From Trichosphaerium sp. ATCC 40318 (taxonomy: Eukaryota > Protista > Tubulinea): a DNA stretch of 64,000 bases. The position numbers and the translations under genes are program-made. A model generated the notes under the pieces. That model saw only the letters and a program-made list of their open reading frames with translations. It made no database searches and was not told the DNA's origin. Positions within the stretch are counted from its first letter, which is position 1, and every line of letters begins with the position of its first letter. Positions 39,132 through 52,292 of the stretch are shown one piece after another. Location of the stretch: assembly GCA_038496445.1 (NCBI GenBank), contig JALMLS010000447.1:1-64000 (forward strand). Reading direction: 5' to 3'.

Positions 39132-40888
39132 ATGCTACGAGGTTTGCAAACCAAGTCGTTGGTTATTGCAAACAAAACATTAAACGTAAGTCCCCAAATA
39201 AAACCGCTTTCTCTCGTTCACGTATTACTACAAGTGCTAAAATAACGCTTTTTCCATGTTTAAAAGCAGTTTGTGTACCAGTTTAAAAGAAAATTCTAAC
39301 TGACGAATTAGCAATTGCCCACTGCAAAAAAATCAACCAAGGTTACTGCTCGCAGTCCTCACTCAATCAGAATTGATAATGGGCAATGTACGCCCGGCGT
39401 TTTTACACTCATGTTTATACGATAAGCACCATCACTGACGGCCATTATATAGCGCAAGAAACAACAAGCCTAACTCCTAGGCTCGCTAAACTGAAAGAAT
39501 ACTCCAAACCACAAGGCTTTGGTCAGTACACTGATTACAATGCCGCTTTGGAACAACTAAACAGAACGGATTATTATTATTCAGAACAAGACGAATTACT
39601 AGCGGCTCATAACAAGGTCATACACGCAAGCAAAAGCTCTCAGGACGCCTTTGAGAACTTTCGTCAAATGTATGATAACGGCGTGTCACCTGACGTTTCA
39701 ACGTTTATTGGTCTACTCAAACACTGCGCCAACAGCGCAGAGGCAGAGCATGTACTAGAGGAAATGGCAAACACGTACTGCGTTGACCCAGATGAGGTAG
39801 TGTACGAGTACATGATTGGCGTGTACAGGAGAGAGGGCAACACCGTCAAGATAATGCGTATGTTCGATGCAATCAACGAAAACGGCTTAGTCCCAACGAT
39901 GCGATCCTATGAGATGAAAATAGAAGCCCTGTGTATGGGTGGATTGCCAAAAGAGGGCCATGCCGTGCTAGAAGAGATGAGACGTCACGACTTTGTGCCT
40001 TCTGCGATAGCTTACAAGTTTATTGTTTTGAGCTACGCGACAAGAAAGCTTGTTGAACCGGCCGTTAGAGTCATGTCAGAGATGAAGGCTTTGCATCAGA
40101 GCGGGGATATGGTAGATTTGTATCACCACTTGATAGTACTCTCCTTCAATAACGCGCAGTATAGCTACGTCAAGATTTTGTATAAAGGTACGTCGTCGCA
40201 GTCGACATTGGATTCCCATTCGCTCCAGCACTTGGGGTTTTTTTTTTGTTTTTGATTATTTGCGGTCAATCTCACTCGACTACTAGATATGCGTAATGCT
40301 GGTTATGTACCAATGATTCATACTTACAACACTTTATTGGGGACTGTTTTAAAGACCAAGTCAGAGGGTGATCTGACTGCTGTTATGGATGATATGAAGA
40401 GAACCAAAGTAAGGCCTAACAAACGCAGTTTCAATCTGCTACTGGCTTGCCACAGTACTTTGAACCTACATGAAAAAATGCCTGAGATTGCAACGGCTAT
40501 GGTGAATAGCGGCTACTCCCCTGACGCCAACACGTACAGCCAGTTCTTCAATATACTCAAAAAGCCATCAGATATGTTCAACATGTACGATACAATGAAG
40601 GAAAATGACGTCATACCTCAAGATGATATATACAAAACGTTAATTGATACTTGTCGCGAATTAAACCTTCAACAAAAGGCATTTGGGTTCTACTCGGATA
40701 TGATCAAGAACAATGTCAAGGGCAACATTGACACGTACAATACGCTCTTGTTGTTTTGCTCTGGTCTACCACAAGAGCGTGGCAAGGCCGAAGCGCATAA
40801 TGTCCTAATGGATATGGGCCGGGACAATATTAAGCCGGATAGCATCACAGAGTGGGCTATTAATCACTTGTTCCGCCAGCGTGATTGA
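39132..40888 (+). CDS. Pentatricopeptide-repeat (PPR) protein, likely mitochondrial
   Basis: 35-aa repeats (GVSPDVSTFIGLL, PDEVVYEYMI, PMIHTYNTLL, PDANTYSQFF). Presequence-like start MLRGLQTKSL. Confidence 0.88.
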
Positions 40889-41077
40889 ATCCAAAAGCTA
40901 CAGGCTCCCTCCCTTGTATTATCATGATGTAAATAATAAATTTGGTAAAAGTACTATGAAATTACAGTTCAGAATTCATTCCAGATATGAAAGTTGTTGA
41001 CTTTACCACCCAGCTACGGCTAACATAGAGCATGGCAATTTGGTTGTAAATGGTTTGTAATAGCGTTGTACGTAAGT

Positions 41078-42655
41078 ATGCACCGTCGTTTGGCACTCGT
41101 TGACTCCGCTACCAAAGGTACGTTACAATTTTGCATCTTTTATCGATAAACAGCGCCGTCAGCTCTGAGGCACTATAAATAAGCGTCCTGTACAACTGTA
41201 TTATTTAAATAACGACATTTATGGCATAGAGCCCGTAGATTGCAGTTCTGTCACTGTACAACGCAAAATATATGATCATGTCAGCGAAAGACTAAATGTC
41301 AAGCAAATGGAGGATTGGTACAACGTCTCTCAATCGTCATTGGGTCGTTATGGCGGCTGTGCAGTCCTTGCAAAGCACAAGTACTCTCCCTATGCATCCT
41401 TAAAGGCAGTATACCCGGATTTCTGCTGGAGGCCTTGGCGATTCAAGTGCGCCCCAATGAACTACTGGAACAGCGTTGCGCACGCCCGTACTTGCTTAGA
41501 CGATATTGCAGTGACACTGAAGGTAATGACACTGGATGATTGGTACAGCTCTGATCGTGGCGAGGTTGGTAGCCTTGGTATAATACGCTTGATTCAAAGG
41601 TATATTCTTTGCACGAGAAAACCACGGATAGCGTGGAGGCCAACGTGTGTTTCTTTCAGCTCAAACAAATAGGTTCAATGGATGCTTCTACAATATGATG
41701 AAATACGTCTATCCCGACCATAATTGGAGTCCTACTGGGTTCAAGTGCGCATAATTTATAGCGTCGCTCACCGCTGGCGCGCACTAGGTGCTGTTGGTAT
41801 TGACTCGTCGTTGTTTAGCAACAATACTGTACCAAAGAAGTTTTTTGATAGCATTCATAACAGGCGTCAACGATTTGATGCTGTGGGTTCCGTCTTGAAC
41901 GTGAAGAGCCTGGAGGACTGGCAAACTGTATCGCGGGAGCAATTTCTAGCACATGGCGGCGACCTGTCGACTTTGGGCAGGTACACATTACAACGCAAGT
42001 TGTTTCCTCTTTTTTCCACCCAACTTCAACAATGTAACACGCAATCAAGGACTGGAGAGCGTGGATTTGTCAAGTGCTTGAAAGAAATATATCCAGGTCA
42101 CTCATGGGATATACAACATTTTAGGTAACTCCACAAATCATTAAAATGACTTAAACTTGTACTATCTATATTCGTGTTAATAACCCTGCAAAGGTTCAAG
42201 CCTACAGGCTACTGGCAAGATTCTAATAATATCGTATCATTTTTAAAGCGTACAGTTGTTTTTAAACATGGTACATGATGTAGCTAAGTGGTGTTGCAGG
42301 GATGAAAGTAGCGTACGATATACGACAACCTTGGGATTGGACTCAGGTATCACACCCTCAATTCTCTGCACTTGGTGGTGGACGTGTGTTTAGCAGTCAT
42401 GACTGGAGCGCTTATCTACCACTGCTGTATCCGGAAATAGCATTTCATTTGTTGCCGTCACAAGGCGACACTCAGCAGCTAAAATTCGCCTCACAAAAGT
42501 AAGTGTGCTTGTCCCTATGTTTATCGTTGTATTGTTCATCGCTTCTTAGGTTACTTTCCAGACGCATGTTGTCTCTGTTTACCGAATCGCGTAAAAAGAA
42601 GAGGAAAAAAAAGAGTTCAAAGATAACAAACAAGTATTGTATATTTCTAGACTAG
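41078..42655 (+). CDS. Protein with 'LEDWYxV...GG...L..xYP...W' helical repeats, function unknown
   Basis: Repeats MEDWYNVS..GG..LKAVYPDFCWRPWRF..PMNYW, TLDDWY, LEDWQTVS, PWDWTQVS..LYPE. Multi-exon; gene ends are approximate. Confidence 0.68.
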
Positions 42656-42715
42656 GTTTACATAAAAAGTATTTTAAGGTCAATCAATACATTGATATCC
42701 ATTTTTTTTTTCCCT

Positions 42716-45700
42716 CTACTTTTTGTCAGAGCTGATTTCGAGTGGCTCGCCCACCCTATCGATGATTGAGTTGATCTGTGCGCGGAGAGTCTATGCGTTC
42801 AAGGAGTTAGGTAGTCATTAGGCGGGGTATAACAAGGCAATCATAAAACGTGTCGTACGCTATCCAATGACTCTGATATTTTATTTCTGTTTGTGTAAAC
42901 GTGTTTGTACACGTGCGCCAAAGCGACAGCCTATCAAAATTTTTTAGGAATCAAATATGCGGTAGAAAACCAGCAAGCGAGCAACGGGTGGCCGGTTGAG
43001 GTACCTCAACATCTGGTGGAATGCTGGTTGGGAGTACATCTTCATCCTCGCTGTGGCCACTTGGCATACTGGCAATGTCGTCGAACCAGTTGAATATCTC
43101 TTCCTGGTTGTCATCAATGAACTCGTTGAGCTTAGCCATGTATGGCTCTTTGCCACCAAGCTCAATGCCGTTTGCTAGACTTTGTAGCGTCTTTGTAATC
43201 AATACAAACACACGGCGAGCCTCTTTAGATGGTGCACTTCGTGAGAGTCCGTACGATTCAGGCAAGTTGATTGCTGGATTTATCAACCTCAAGAAGATAA
43301 ACCCGCCGATTGCTGTGTTCTTGGAGTCTGGAAATTTTGCAGTCATTTCACGTTGTAGATGCGCACACAGTATTCTAAACTCTCTAAAGTACCGAATTTT
43401 AGTAACCATGAAAACAAACAAAGACAAGTGTTGAAGTAGGAGGAGGGTGCCGTACATTGGTACTTTGTTTAGAGAACGTGTAATGTGTGTCAATATCTTC
43501 TGTGCTGTAAGCAAGAGCTGATATTTGTTGATTCTTATGTCTTGCCAGTCTTCTTTCAAATGTGGATCGAGTTCAAAAGTGAACCCATCACCGCCGCTGT
43601 TGTGAGATACGTCACCAGCGCCTTGTGCTTCAAAAACAGTCAGTTCATATGTTAACAAGGCGGTAAGAGTTACGCCTGTAGCAACACACCTTTGAGTGTC
43701 TCCATGACGATATGAATGTCGTCGCTGAGCGTATTCCATAAATATTGGAGACCGATCAGTTTAGAGTAGAATTTCAGCATTTTAGAGGCCATGCTGTTAG
43801 ACCTGAAAAGCGTAGAGTTCGCGGTCGCTGAACTGATCTAAAAGATACGGTCAGGCAATGTCTAACATGCAAAGTGGCAAAAGGGCATTGAGAGCGTACC
43901 TCTCTGCTTATAAAGTGCTTGATGATATCAATTGAGGACCTCTCAGATTCAGTAATGTATACCAGTGCTCGTGCAACATTGTCTTGGTCTGTCGACTTTG
44001 TAACATCAGCAACGGCCTCAGCCAGCTTCAAGTCGTCTGCCAATATTAGATCACGAAGCTCTGAAAGGGATGCAATACGGCTTTGGTCTTTTCTTGCAAC
44101 CTAAATTACCACAAAATATGGTTAACTCAAAATAAGAAGAAGAAGATGTTTGTACCCTGTGATTGGCGGTGACGAGGTCCCCAAACGCAATAGGTGTGAA
44201 ATCCGGTTGCGGAGGTTTGTTTTTGAGCAGAGCTGCGTTGCTAGTACCGCCACCACCCTTTCCTCTCAAGACGAAGTACACGACGAGAATGGCGATCAAC
44301 ACCACAATCACAATGACGATAGGTACGACAATTGCAGGCACATTCGAGCCACCAGCGTCTAGCTCACATTGGTCCACCTCTATTGATGTTGTTTGAGTTG
44401 ACGTGTATAGTAAATACTAAAAGGGAAAAAGGAAAAGGGGGTTGGCTCTTTTTGTGTACCTCTAAAGTCTGTGCAGTTTGAATTGATGGTCTCCAGGCAA
44501 CGATCTTCTGACGGCCAATCCGCTGCTGCACACCAGCCACATGCTGCGCTTACACAAGGACTACATTCTCCAAGAGCCGCACAACTCCTGGCAATACGTG
44601 CTCCTGTACCATAAGTGATGCGAATGTCATCTCCTCCAATGACACTGTTGTTCAAAGTTAGCAAACAAAAGTCTACGCTGGTCGTACTCGGCGAATCGTC
44701 CAGCGTTGTTACTGGCAAGATCAGACGACACCAACGCCAACGTTAATGCTGTAATATTGGAGTCCAATCGCAAAATTAAAGTGCCTCCAAGGAAGGCTGC
44801 TCCTGTAACAGCCACAGAGTCTGACACTACATCACGGAAACTTGGATTAGCAATAAGTTGGCAGTACCACTCTCCTTTTTTTGTTACTCACCTTCACCTC
44901 CGGCGTCTATGATGAGCGTTCCGGCCTGGGAGTACGTGCCTTCTATCCTGATAGTCTGCGGTGGCGGTTGTCCTTCAGCACCGAGATCGATAATCCCGTT
45001 TGTCGATAGAGATATTTCGCCGCCTATAGTGCCTGTGCCCCTGAGGATGCCGTTTATGTCAAAACTATCGGTCTGTAGTGCATCACCACCATTTATGATC
45101 ATTGTTGACATTTCCATCTGTACAAAAAAACGTGTTAAACACTTTGAGCTTCAGATAATCGAGTAAAAAGAAGACGTGTTGTTATCATCTCACCTGTGTC
45201 ACTGCGCCAAGTGTTACGTCTGCTCCATTTTCAATGGTTACATTGTTGTTGAACACCACGCCAATAGCGTAGTTGTGAGTCACGCCGCTCATAAATGTGA
45301 GAGGTAAACCAATAATAAGGTTGCTGTGGACAACGTGTTAAACTTATTGAAAGAGCCTACATCATACAAAAAGGGGAACGACATTACCTTGCTCCTATGC
45401 CGTTGCTGATACTGAAGGAAGTTCCACTTCCATACGTTATGGATGATACACTGACGTCACCCTGGATTGTCTTGCCTACCGCTGTCTCCTCAATGGTTAG
45501 TGATGTGATGGCCAGAATTGTATCAGCGCTAGCAGATAGTGTGCCGCCTGCCCACAACACCGTTGGTAGAGTGGCGGTAGCTTGCCGTTTTTTGGTGCTC
45601 GCTACAACTTCAATGGCTCCAGAGTCAATACGTGTATTGCCAGTCAACATCTCAAGTCGATATTAACACAACAAGTCTTTTGTTTCAGGTGCATAAAACG

Positions 45701-48700
45701 TACTGCGTTGGTACTGAGTACAAGCTTGCCATTGTCGGATATGGTAGTGTTACTGATAGTATGTTGGCCTCCAGTGAATTCAATCTCGCCAGATCCCATA
45801 GCTTGTATTGCTGACGGATCTTTATTTACAATAAGAGGTTAGTGGTGTTGGCGGCTATAAACCAAAAACAAAGAAAAAACCCAGATTAATAGTTTTTTTT
45901 GAGTTGTGGGTAATTTGACGCACCAACGCCGGTTATGGCTGCCATGTCAATCACGAGCCTTCCTGAGGTGACTATGATACGCTTAAAGTTCCAAGTGCCA
46001 TCGCCAGTGACTGTCCAAGTGTTGCCAGTCCCTATGTTGAATGTGAAGTCTTCGCTTGTTGTAAGCGTTGCCCCAGATGCAATCGCCAAACTGCCTAACC
46101 AGGATGAGAATAACCAATATAAACAAAGTACTTACCCCCTCCGTTGACCTGTGCTAATGTTGCAGATAATGTTCCGCCCCTGTAGTAGCGTTTGTTGTCA
46201 GTCACATATGCACGTGTTTTTAGAATATTTTTCACATTACCCTATTTCTGCACTACTGCCATCCTCGAACGTGGCTTGAGGGACAGTAATGGTTCCAGCA
46301 TTGACGACAATCTTATCGCCATCCGTATCCACTCCGGAGAAGATGAGATCCAAAGTCTGGTCGTTGAAGGTGACAGTGCCGCTCTGTAAGCTCAACGTAT
46401 TGTCAATGGTGCCTGTGAAAGTGACGGCTGCGCCATTTATAACGATGCCCAGCGTTGTGGCGATGTTGTTTAGACCGGTAAAAGTTCCTGTGCGTTGTAA
46501 AATGTGAGGAGAGGTTGATGAAACAAAATTGGCTAATAGGTGTGAAAGCGTACCACCACTCAAAAATACTTGGCCGTCGCCTGTCAAACTATCTTGTGCA
46601 ACCAATGGTCCAGGTATAACGATCTTACCTGCAACAACTGCTACAATCCGTGTGGCCGTTGCTATAGCACAAGGAGTAAGCGGTGAGTACTGGGTGACAA
46701 ACAAGAGCGCTTTCAACAAGACAGACATGATCATTAGCGCTAGTACTTACTTCTAATATCAACCTCGGCACTAGCTGCCACTGTCACAGTTACAGGATTA
46801 GTTGTGGACCAAGTATCAGTTACAAATTTGCCCTGTGCAAAGGTATAGGAGCCAGATGGGATGCTGGTTTGATCAATAGTAACAGTAGTTGTTGTTGAAA
46901 AGCTGCCCATACCGCCTAGATCAAATAGCATAAGCGAAAGATGGCCTTCTACTAATAGATAAAAGACAGAAGTTCTCGTACTGATTGCCAATTGTGTAAT
47001 TATGGCGCTATTGGTCATTACGTGAGAGTTCCTTACATCAAGGTTGCCGCTTTGTAGTTGGCCAGTGACGGTCGTATTTGAATTTATCAACGTTAAATCA
47101 CCTCCATCCACACTCTCAAATGTCGCCAATGGAGCCTTTTATTTGTTAGCTCGGTTAGACAACCCCTGAAGGGAAAAGATAAAGCAAGATAAGAAATTAT
47201 CAGAAACAAAAGAGAAATGGTCGTACATCGACAACGAGAGATCCTTGTGCCATGATTGTGGTTGCACCACATTCAAACCTGTCTAATTGAACTTGCAGGC
47301 GACCTTGATCAATATTACATGTCGTGACAGTCATGGTCATTGTGCTGCTTCCGGTTCGCATTATTTGTCCTCCCCCCTGTCTATTGACGGTTAAATCAGC
47401 TGCATCCCACGTTATCGGTTCGTTGGCAACGGTGTCAACTGTAAACAAAGCTTCGGTATTGCCTCCAACGAAGGAAAATAACGGGTTTTCGATTTGCGAT
47501 GCAGCATTCATCCTCATAGTCATTTGAGGACGTGCCAACTCTGCTGATGTCGACCCCAGCGTCAATTCCGATACCTAGAGAACAGAGTTGTCTATATTAA
47601 TATATATATATGTGTTACTGCACAAACCTGAGTTGTAATTGCTGGTGTGTTAAATCTAAACATGCCAGATTCGACAACAAACTTATACCTGGCATACGAT
47701 AAATATAACGAATGAGTGAGGTTGAGTGAGATTTACCTGAAAGTAGCTCTAATATTTCTCATGTTAATAAAGAATACAAGATGATGAAACAGCGCTGGAC
47801 GTACCTGAACAGGGCTCCACCGACAACTTGAGTATCGTCATAGGTAATTTCGTTTTGATTGCCTGCGACTGTTAAATCGAAAAGCCAAGTAACAAAAGTT
47901 TCAGCTGCATTATTATGTTAATCAGTTTGATATATAACAAATATCAAGGTAAGTATGCATACAGTGTCTTAGGACAGTGACCCCAGTACATGGGTTTTTA
48001 ATCAGCTACACAGTTTTATTAGCCATCAGCAAGTAAATAAAAAAAAACGGGTTCCCAACCATTTTGACATCTGATTGTAAGGTCATCGCTGACCACACGT
48101 GTGTTCTAATTATGCGATCAAAAAAAACCCCTCAACCAAAAGTAGCACGTACGAGTTGCGCATAGGATCGATAGATTCTGGTGCTAGAACAGTACAGTTA
48201 GGAATTTTGTCAACACTTTTTTGGAAATATTTTCAAATAGATCTATTGCGCACTGGCTTCTAAAACAATCGTGGGTAGTGGCGCAGCCGATGAAAACAGT
48301 ACGCTGTCTCCTTCACCAGGAACATACTGTGGTGGAATTGTTCCAGGGAGACTAAAACGTGTTGTAAGTAAATTATTTTGATACCAAATTTACTTGCTCA
48401 AAAACCTAAACACGTCGATTTGGTGATATCACGTGTTTGAATTTATTAATTTTTTGCTGTTGGGAAATAAAAAGTGTTGTACTAAGGTGTATTCGTTGTA
48501 GTTAGTACCTGCTTTCGCATAGCCACAATTCATGGTTAGTTGCGTCTCCGCTTTCAGGTGCTGGGTTTTTTAGTGCGCCCCAAAAGCATCCAAATCCTCC
48601 TGTCTGTGCGTTTGCAACAGTCACAACAAGCGCTAGGTGTCAGGTAGTTAGAGTTAAACACCGCATACCACTGGTTTAAAGAAATACCTAGTACAAGCGC

Positions 48701-48724
48701 TAGCGCACTGTGGTGTAGCTGCAT
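42716..48724 (-). CDS. Single-pass receptor RasGAP, paralog 2 (same architecture as 29743-35964)
   Basis: Signal MQLHHSALALVLALVVTVANA. G/T/S/I-rich beta-strand repeats. PSI-like CAALGECSPCVSAACGWCAAADWPSEDRC. TM VPAIVVPIVIVIVVLIAILVVYFVL. LFRSNSMASK and GGFIFLRLINPAI. Confidence 0.85.
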
Positions 48725-48973
48725 TGGATTGGGGTATTTGCGGTTTTTTAAGTGTAAGAACAATGTGATACTTTAAAATTTGGTCCAGAACGCCACCATT
48801 TGCAAACGTATACGCCATCCATGTTTTTGGAATGGCTGTTGGACGATTTCCGATGTTCTTTTTTTTCCACCCAAATCGCGCTTTCAAATTTGGCTACATT
48901 TTGACACTTAAGTATTGACTGCTCTTTCTGACTTCCAAACGCTTTGTGGCAACCTCTTCAGTCCGCCCTCACT

Positions 48974-50530
48974 ATGTATACGCCTAAAAGTAAACCCAAG
49001 GTGGATAGCTTTACTCATACTACTACGCTTCTGATATGGATACTGGGTTGGTATGCGTTCAGTATGACCGCTGGAATTTACAACAAGAGCTACTTGCAGC
49101 AACACAAGCTTGTGGTACTTTTTACGGCTGCACAGGTTAGTAGACCGACGCGTACTTGGCCACGTCGACGCAATTTGTAACGTTTTTGGCTTAAGCTCGA
49201 TTTTTGACCCAGTGGTAACGTTAATGTAGGCTCTGATGGGTTGCGTTGCTGGTTTCGCTAATCTATACATCCGAGGTAAAATATCTTATCCGAGGTATGT
49301 CAGGACCAAAAAACATCAAAAAAAAACTATTTAACGACTTTGGGCGCGTACTAAATCAAATGTAGGACGCCAGAAAACGTACGCTTGCTTATTGGTAAGT
49401 CTCGATATTTTTTGTCAAGATTCTATGTGAAAAATTAAAAAAAACTGTATTTTGAATAATAACCCTTGTAGTGTGCGGTGTAGTGCACGCTATAGGAACA
49501 CTCCTCACAAACATTAGTACTGTGTATGCTGCCGTGTCATTTACGCATACAGTAAAGGTAAGCACCATTTACCACAATGCTGTCATTACACATCCACACA
49601 CCTGCCTTGTTTTTCTCTGACTTTCTCGTAGGCTGGTGATCCATTGTTCACTGTCTTAGTAGCATGGGCTTTAACTGGCCAAAAGTTCAAGTATGTGCCT
49701 ACCTGTCACGTGCCTTTGAACCGACACTGATTTATTATTCAAGGAAGTTGACAGTATTTTCGGTGGTTGTCATTGTTATAGGCATTGGCATTGCATGTAC
49801 CACAGAATTCCAGTTCACGTGGGTTGGATTCCTGACAGCATTCACTTCTAACTTGCTCTTCTCTGTCCGTACAGTGTACTCGAAGCAGGCATGCAAAAAC
49901 GCTAAAAAACACATTTTTTGATGTTTACTTTATGTCCTCAATACGATAGCTAACCTGAGCGCGTGTAGTTGCTGAACAAATCTAGATTGGACCATCAAAA
50001 CGTATTTTTGTATATTTCTGTAATAACGTTTGCGTGCAGTCTGATTCCATTGGCATTCTTGACATTTTTGTACCCTGCAGAACATCACATGGGCATATGG
50101 GGGTACGTACACACTATCTACGTTTTGACACGTGCATTTGGCTTGCATTCTCACCATCAACTGTAGCGGACAGTTCACCATTTTATTTTACGCTTGCGGC
50201 TCGCATTATATGTACAATGTGACGTCTTATGTATGCCTCAGTTATTTGGCACCAGTCAGTCACAGGTTCGTCGTAAACCATATTTTTTTTTTGCTGTAAG
50301 AAATATTACTGAGATAATGACAATCCTTGTTTAGCGTTGCTCAAGGTTTTAAACGACTATTCATCATTGGCACAGCGATACTCTACTTTAAGAACCCAGT
50401 GTCGTTGTTAAACGGTGCAGCAAGTTGCTTGGCGATTGCTGGCGTGATAATGTACGGCATATCTAAGAAGTCTGGTACAGCAAAGGCCAGACCAAGACGA
50501 GGCAAGGCCGAACCGGCTATATTTGTATAA
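48974..50530 (+). CDS. Triose-phosphate translocator / SLC35E-family transporter
   Basis: WYAFSMTAGIYNK, HAIGTLLTNIS, VSFTHTVK/AGDPLFTV, TEFQFTWVGFLTAFTSN, PVSH/SVAQGFKRLFIIGTAILYFKNPVS. Confidence 0.88.
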
Positions 50531-50729
50531 TACAACTGTTTACTACAACTCTTGTCATAGCAAGTTTTTCTGTTGAAACAAGTGTAACAGCACACTGCCA
50601 TACGGATGGCATCAATAGTTCTGCAATTACAAAGAGAGTAAATCGTCTTCGTCCACACCCTCCTCCGCCTCGCTTCAAAGTATGTCAGCGCACACAATTA
50701 AAAAAAAAAAGGCAGGAAATGGTGGCAAA

Positions 50730-51301
50730 CTACATCATGATAGAGCTCACGCACGTTGTGTAAGTATGGGTTTGCATCGAAGGTGCAGGAAAGTGCATGT
50801 CCAAGGGTTCTTCCTCTGGCTGTTCCTCCGGCTGGTTTTCCTGCTGTGGTTGTCCCAAGTTACCTGACATCTCTCGAAACAAGTGTGTCGCTTGAATTTG
50901 TGCTTCTAGCGGATACGGTAAGGTGTGCAAACTGGAAGCGGTGTCACGATCCATGGGTGCTGCAGTCGTGAAGCAGACCAATCGAGCGTAGTTTATTATG
51001 CTGTCAACGTCGCTTGCAGCTGTGTTGGCTTGTTTAATTACGTCAAGTTTGTCCTTTGCCGTATTTGATAGGTCTTCCATTTGTTTTTCAACGCGTTGGA
51101 GCTGTTTTGCGAGGAATAATATTTGATTGTCCTTTGCCTGTGTTTGGGCTTTAATGTGCTTCGTTTTGTGATAGAACGCTTGATGTGTATGCACTAGTAA
51201 CCAGTTAGACGTGCAAGCGCTTCTTTCGTACGCCGTTGAAACGTTTCACGCATAGTTTTGTCTATGGCCAGCAATTCAATCGCCAGCTGCTTTAGGGGCA
51301 T
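50730..51301 (-). CDS. MED4: Mediator subunit 4-like
   Basis: Coiled coil, then VDSIINYARLVCFTTAAP...PYPLEAQIQ, which matches the Med4 C-terminal signature. One intron. Confidence 0.7.
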
Positions 51302-51734
51302 TTTCGAACGCGTAGAAAGAGTATTTTCTTTTGCTGCTGTCAGTACAGCCACACTTTTTTTCGAAAATGATGCAATAGCCTCTAGCGCTTGCTGACGTAC
51401 AGAAACCTCAACTGTTACTGGTTAATGTAGTGATAAACAAAAGTGACTGTAAAGTACCAGCATTGGCTTCTGTTACGACTGTTTCGGCTATTCAGGGTGT
51501 TAAAGTAACGTTCTATTACATGTATTGCGTACTCTTCGCTCGTTTCACGTGCAGACCGTCCCCGCCATCGAGTGGGCGCTTGTTGGTGCGCATTGTTTGA
51601 ACACGAGCTCTCCACAATATGTAGCTGCAAGTCGTAAATTGGTCAACCACATTTTTGCTGAAACAGTAAAGAATTCATTTTATACTTATTAGCCGAAATA
51701 GTAAATTCAGTTACTTGCATTAGAAGAAAACGTG

Positions 51735-52292
51735 ATGCCACTTTCCGCTGTCATACAGATTTTATTACTATGCATAGCCGCAGCTGTTGCTGATGAGTAT
51801 CCGCAACTTTGTTGGACAAGACCGCAAATAAGAACGCTAGAAAACGGTTGGTCCACTACCTACAGGCGCCTGGATAACAGCCCGTTCAACTACAATGTCA
51901 CGAATTCGTTCAAAATACCTGGCTACGACTACTGGAATCTACAATCCATTGGCACCTACAGGGTAAACTCTTGGGTGCGCGATCTCATTAGCGATAATGT
52001 ACACCCTTCAAAACAGTACTCCAATCGCGTTTTTTGGCAAGCCAACAACACTGATGGCTCCACACGTGGTATTGTTTTTCAAGGTCACTCAGAATGGATT
52101 ACAGCTGATGAAGATGGAGATTCCTCTCTGAATTCATTTGGTTCTTATGTTGCAGTAGTAAAACAGTCACCAGCAAATCCAAAAAAAGTGATTGAAACTT
52201 ACTCTACCCTTCAATACATAGAAAACTTTGATGGCTCCACTTCACAAGATGTTACCTCATCAACTTATGAGTGGGATATTGTTGCATGTTAA
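51735..52292 (+). CDS. Intronless secreted protein of unknown function
   Basis: Signal MPLSAVIQILLLCIAAAVA followed by a single 185-aa open frame. Confidence 0.75.
   Translation: MPLSAVIQILLLCIAAAVADEYPQLCWTRPQIRTLENGWSTTYRRLDNSPFNYNVTNSFKIPGYDYWNLQSIGTYRVNSWVRDLISDNVHPSKQYSNRVFWQANNTDGSTRGIVFQGHSEWITADEDGDSSLNSFGSYVAVVKQSPANPKKVIETYSTLQYIENFDGSTSQDVTSSTYEWDIVAC

Noticed and set aside
47778-47810. ATGATGA...CTGA resembling a C/D-box snoRNA
   Set aside because: Too short, antisense to the host gene and overlapping an exon boundary.
29743-48724. Calling the receptor GAPs true plexins or neurofibromin
   Set aside because: No recognisable Sema/IPT domains, no large Rho-binding insertion splitting the GAP, and no Sec14-PH module.
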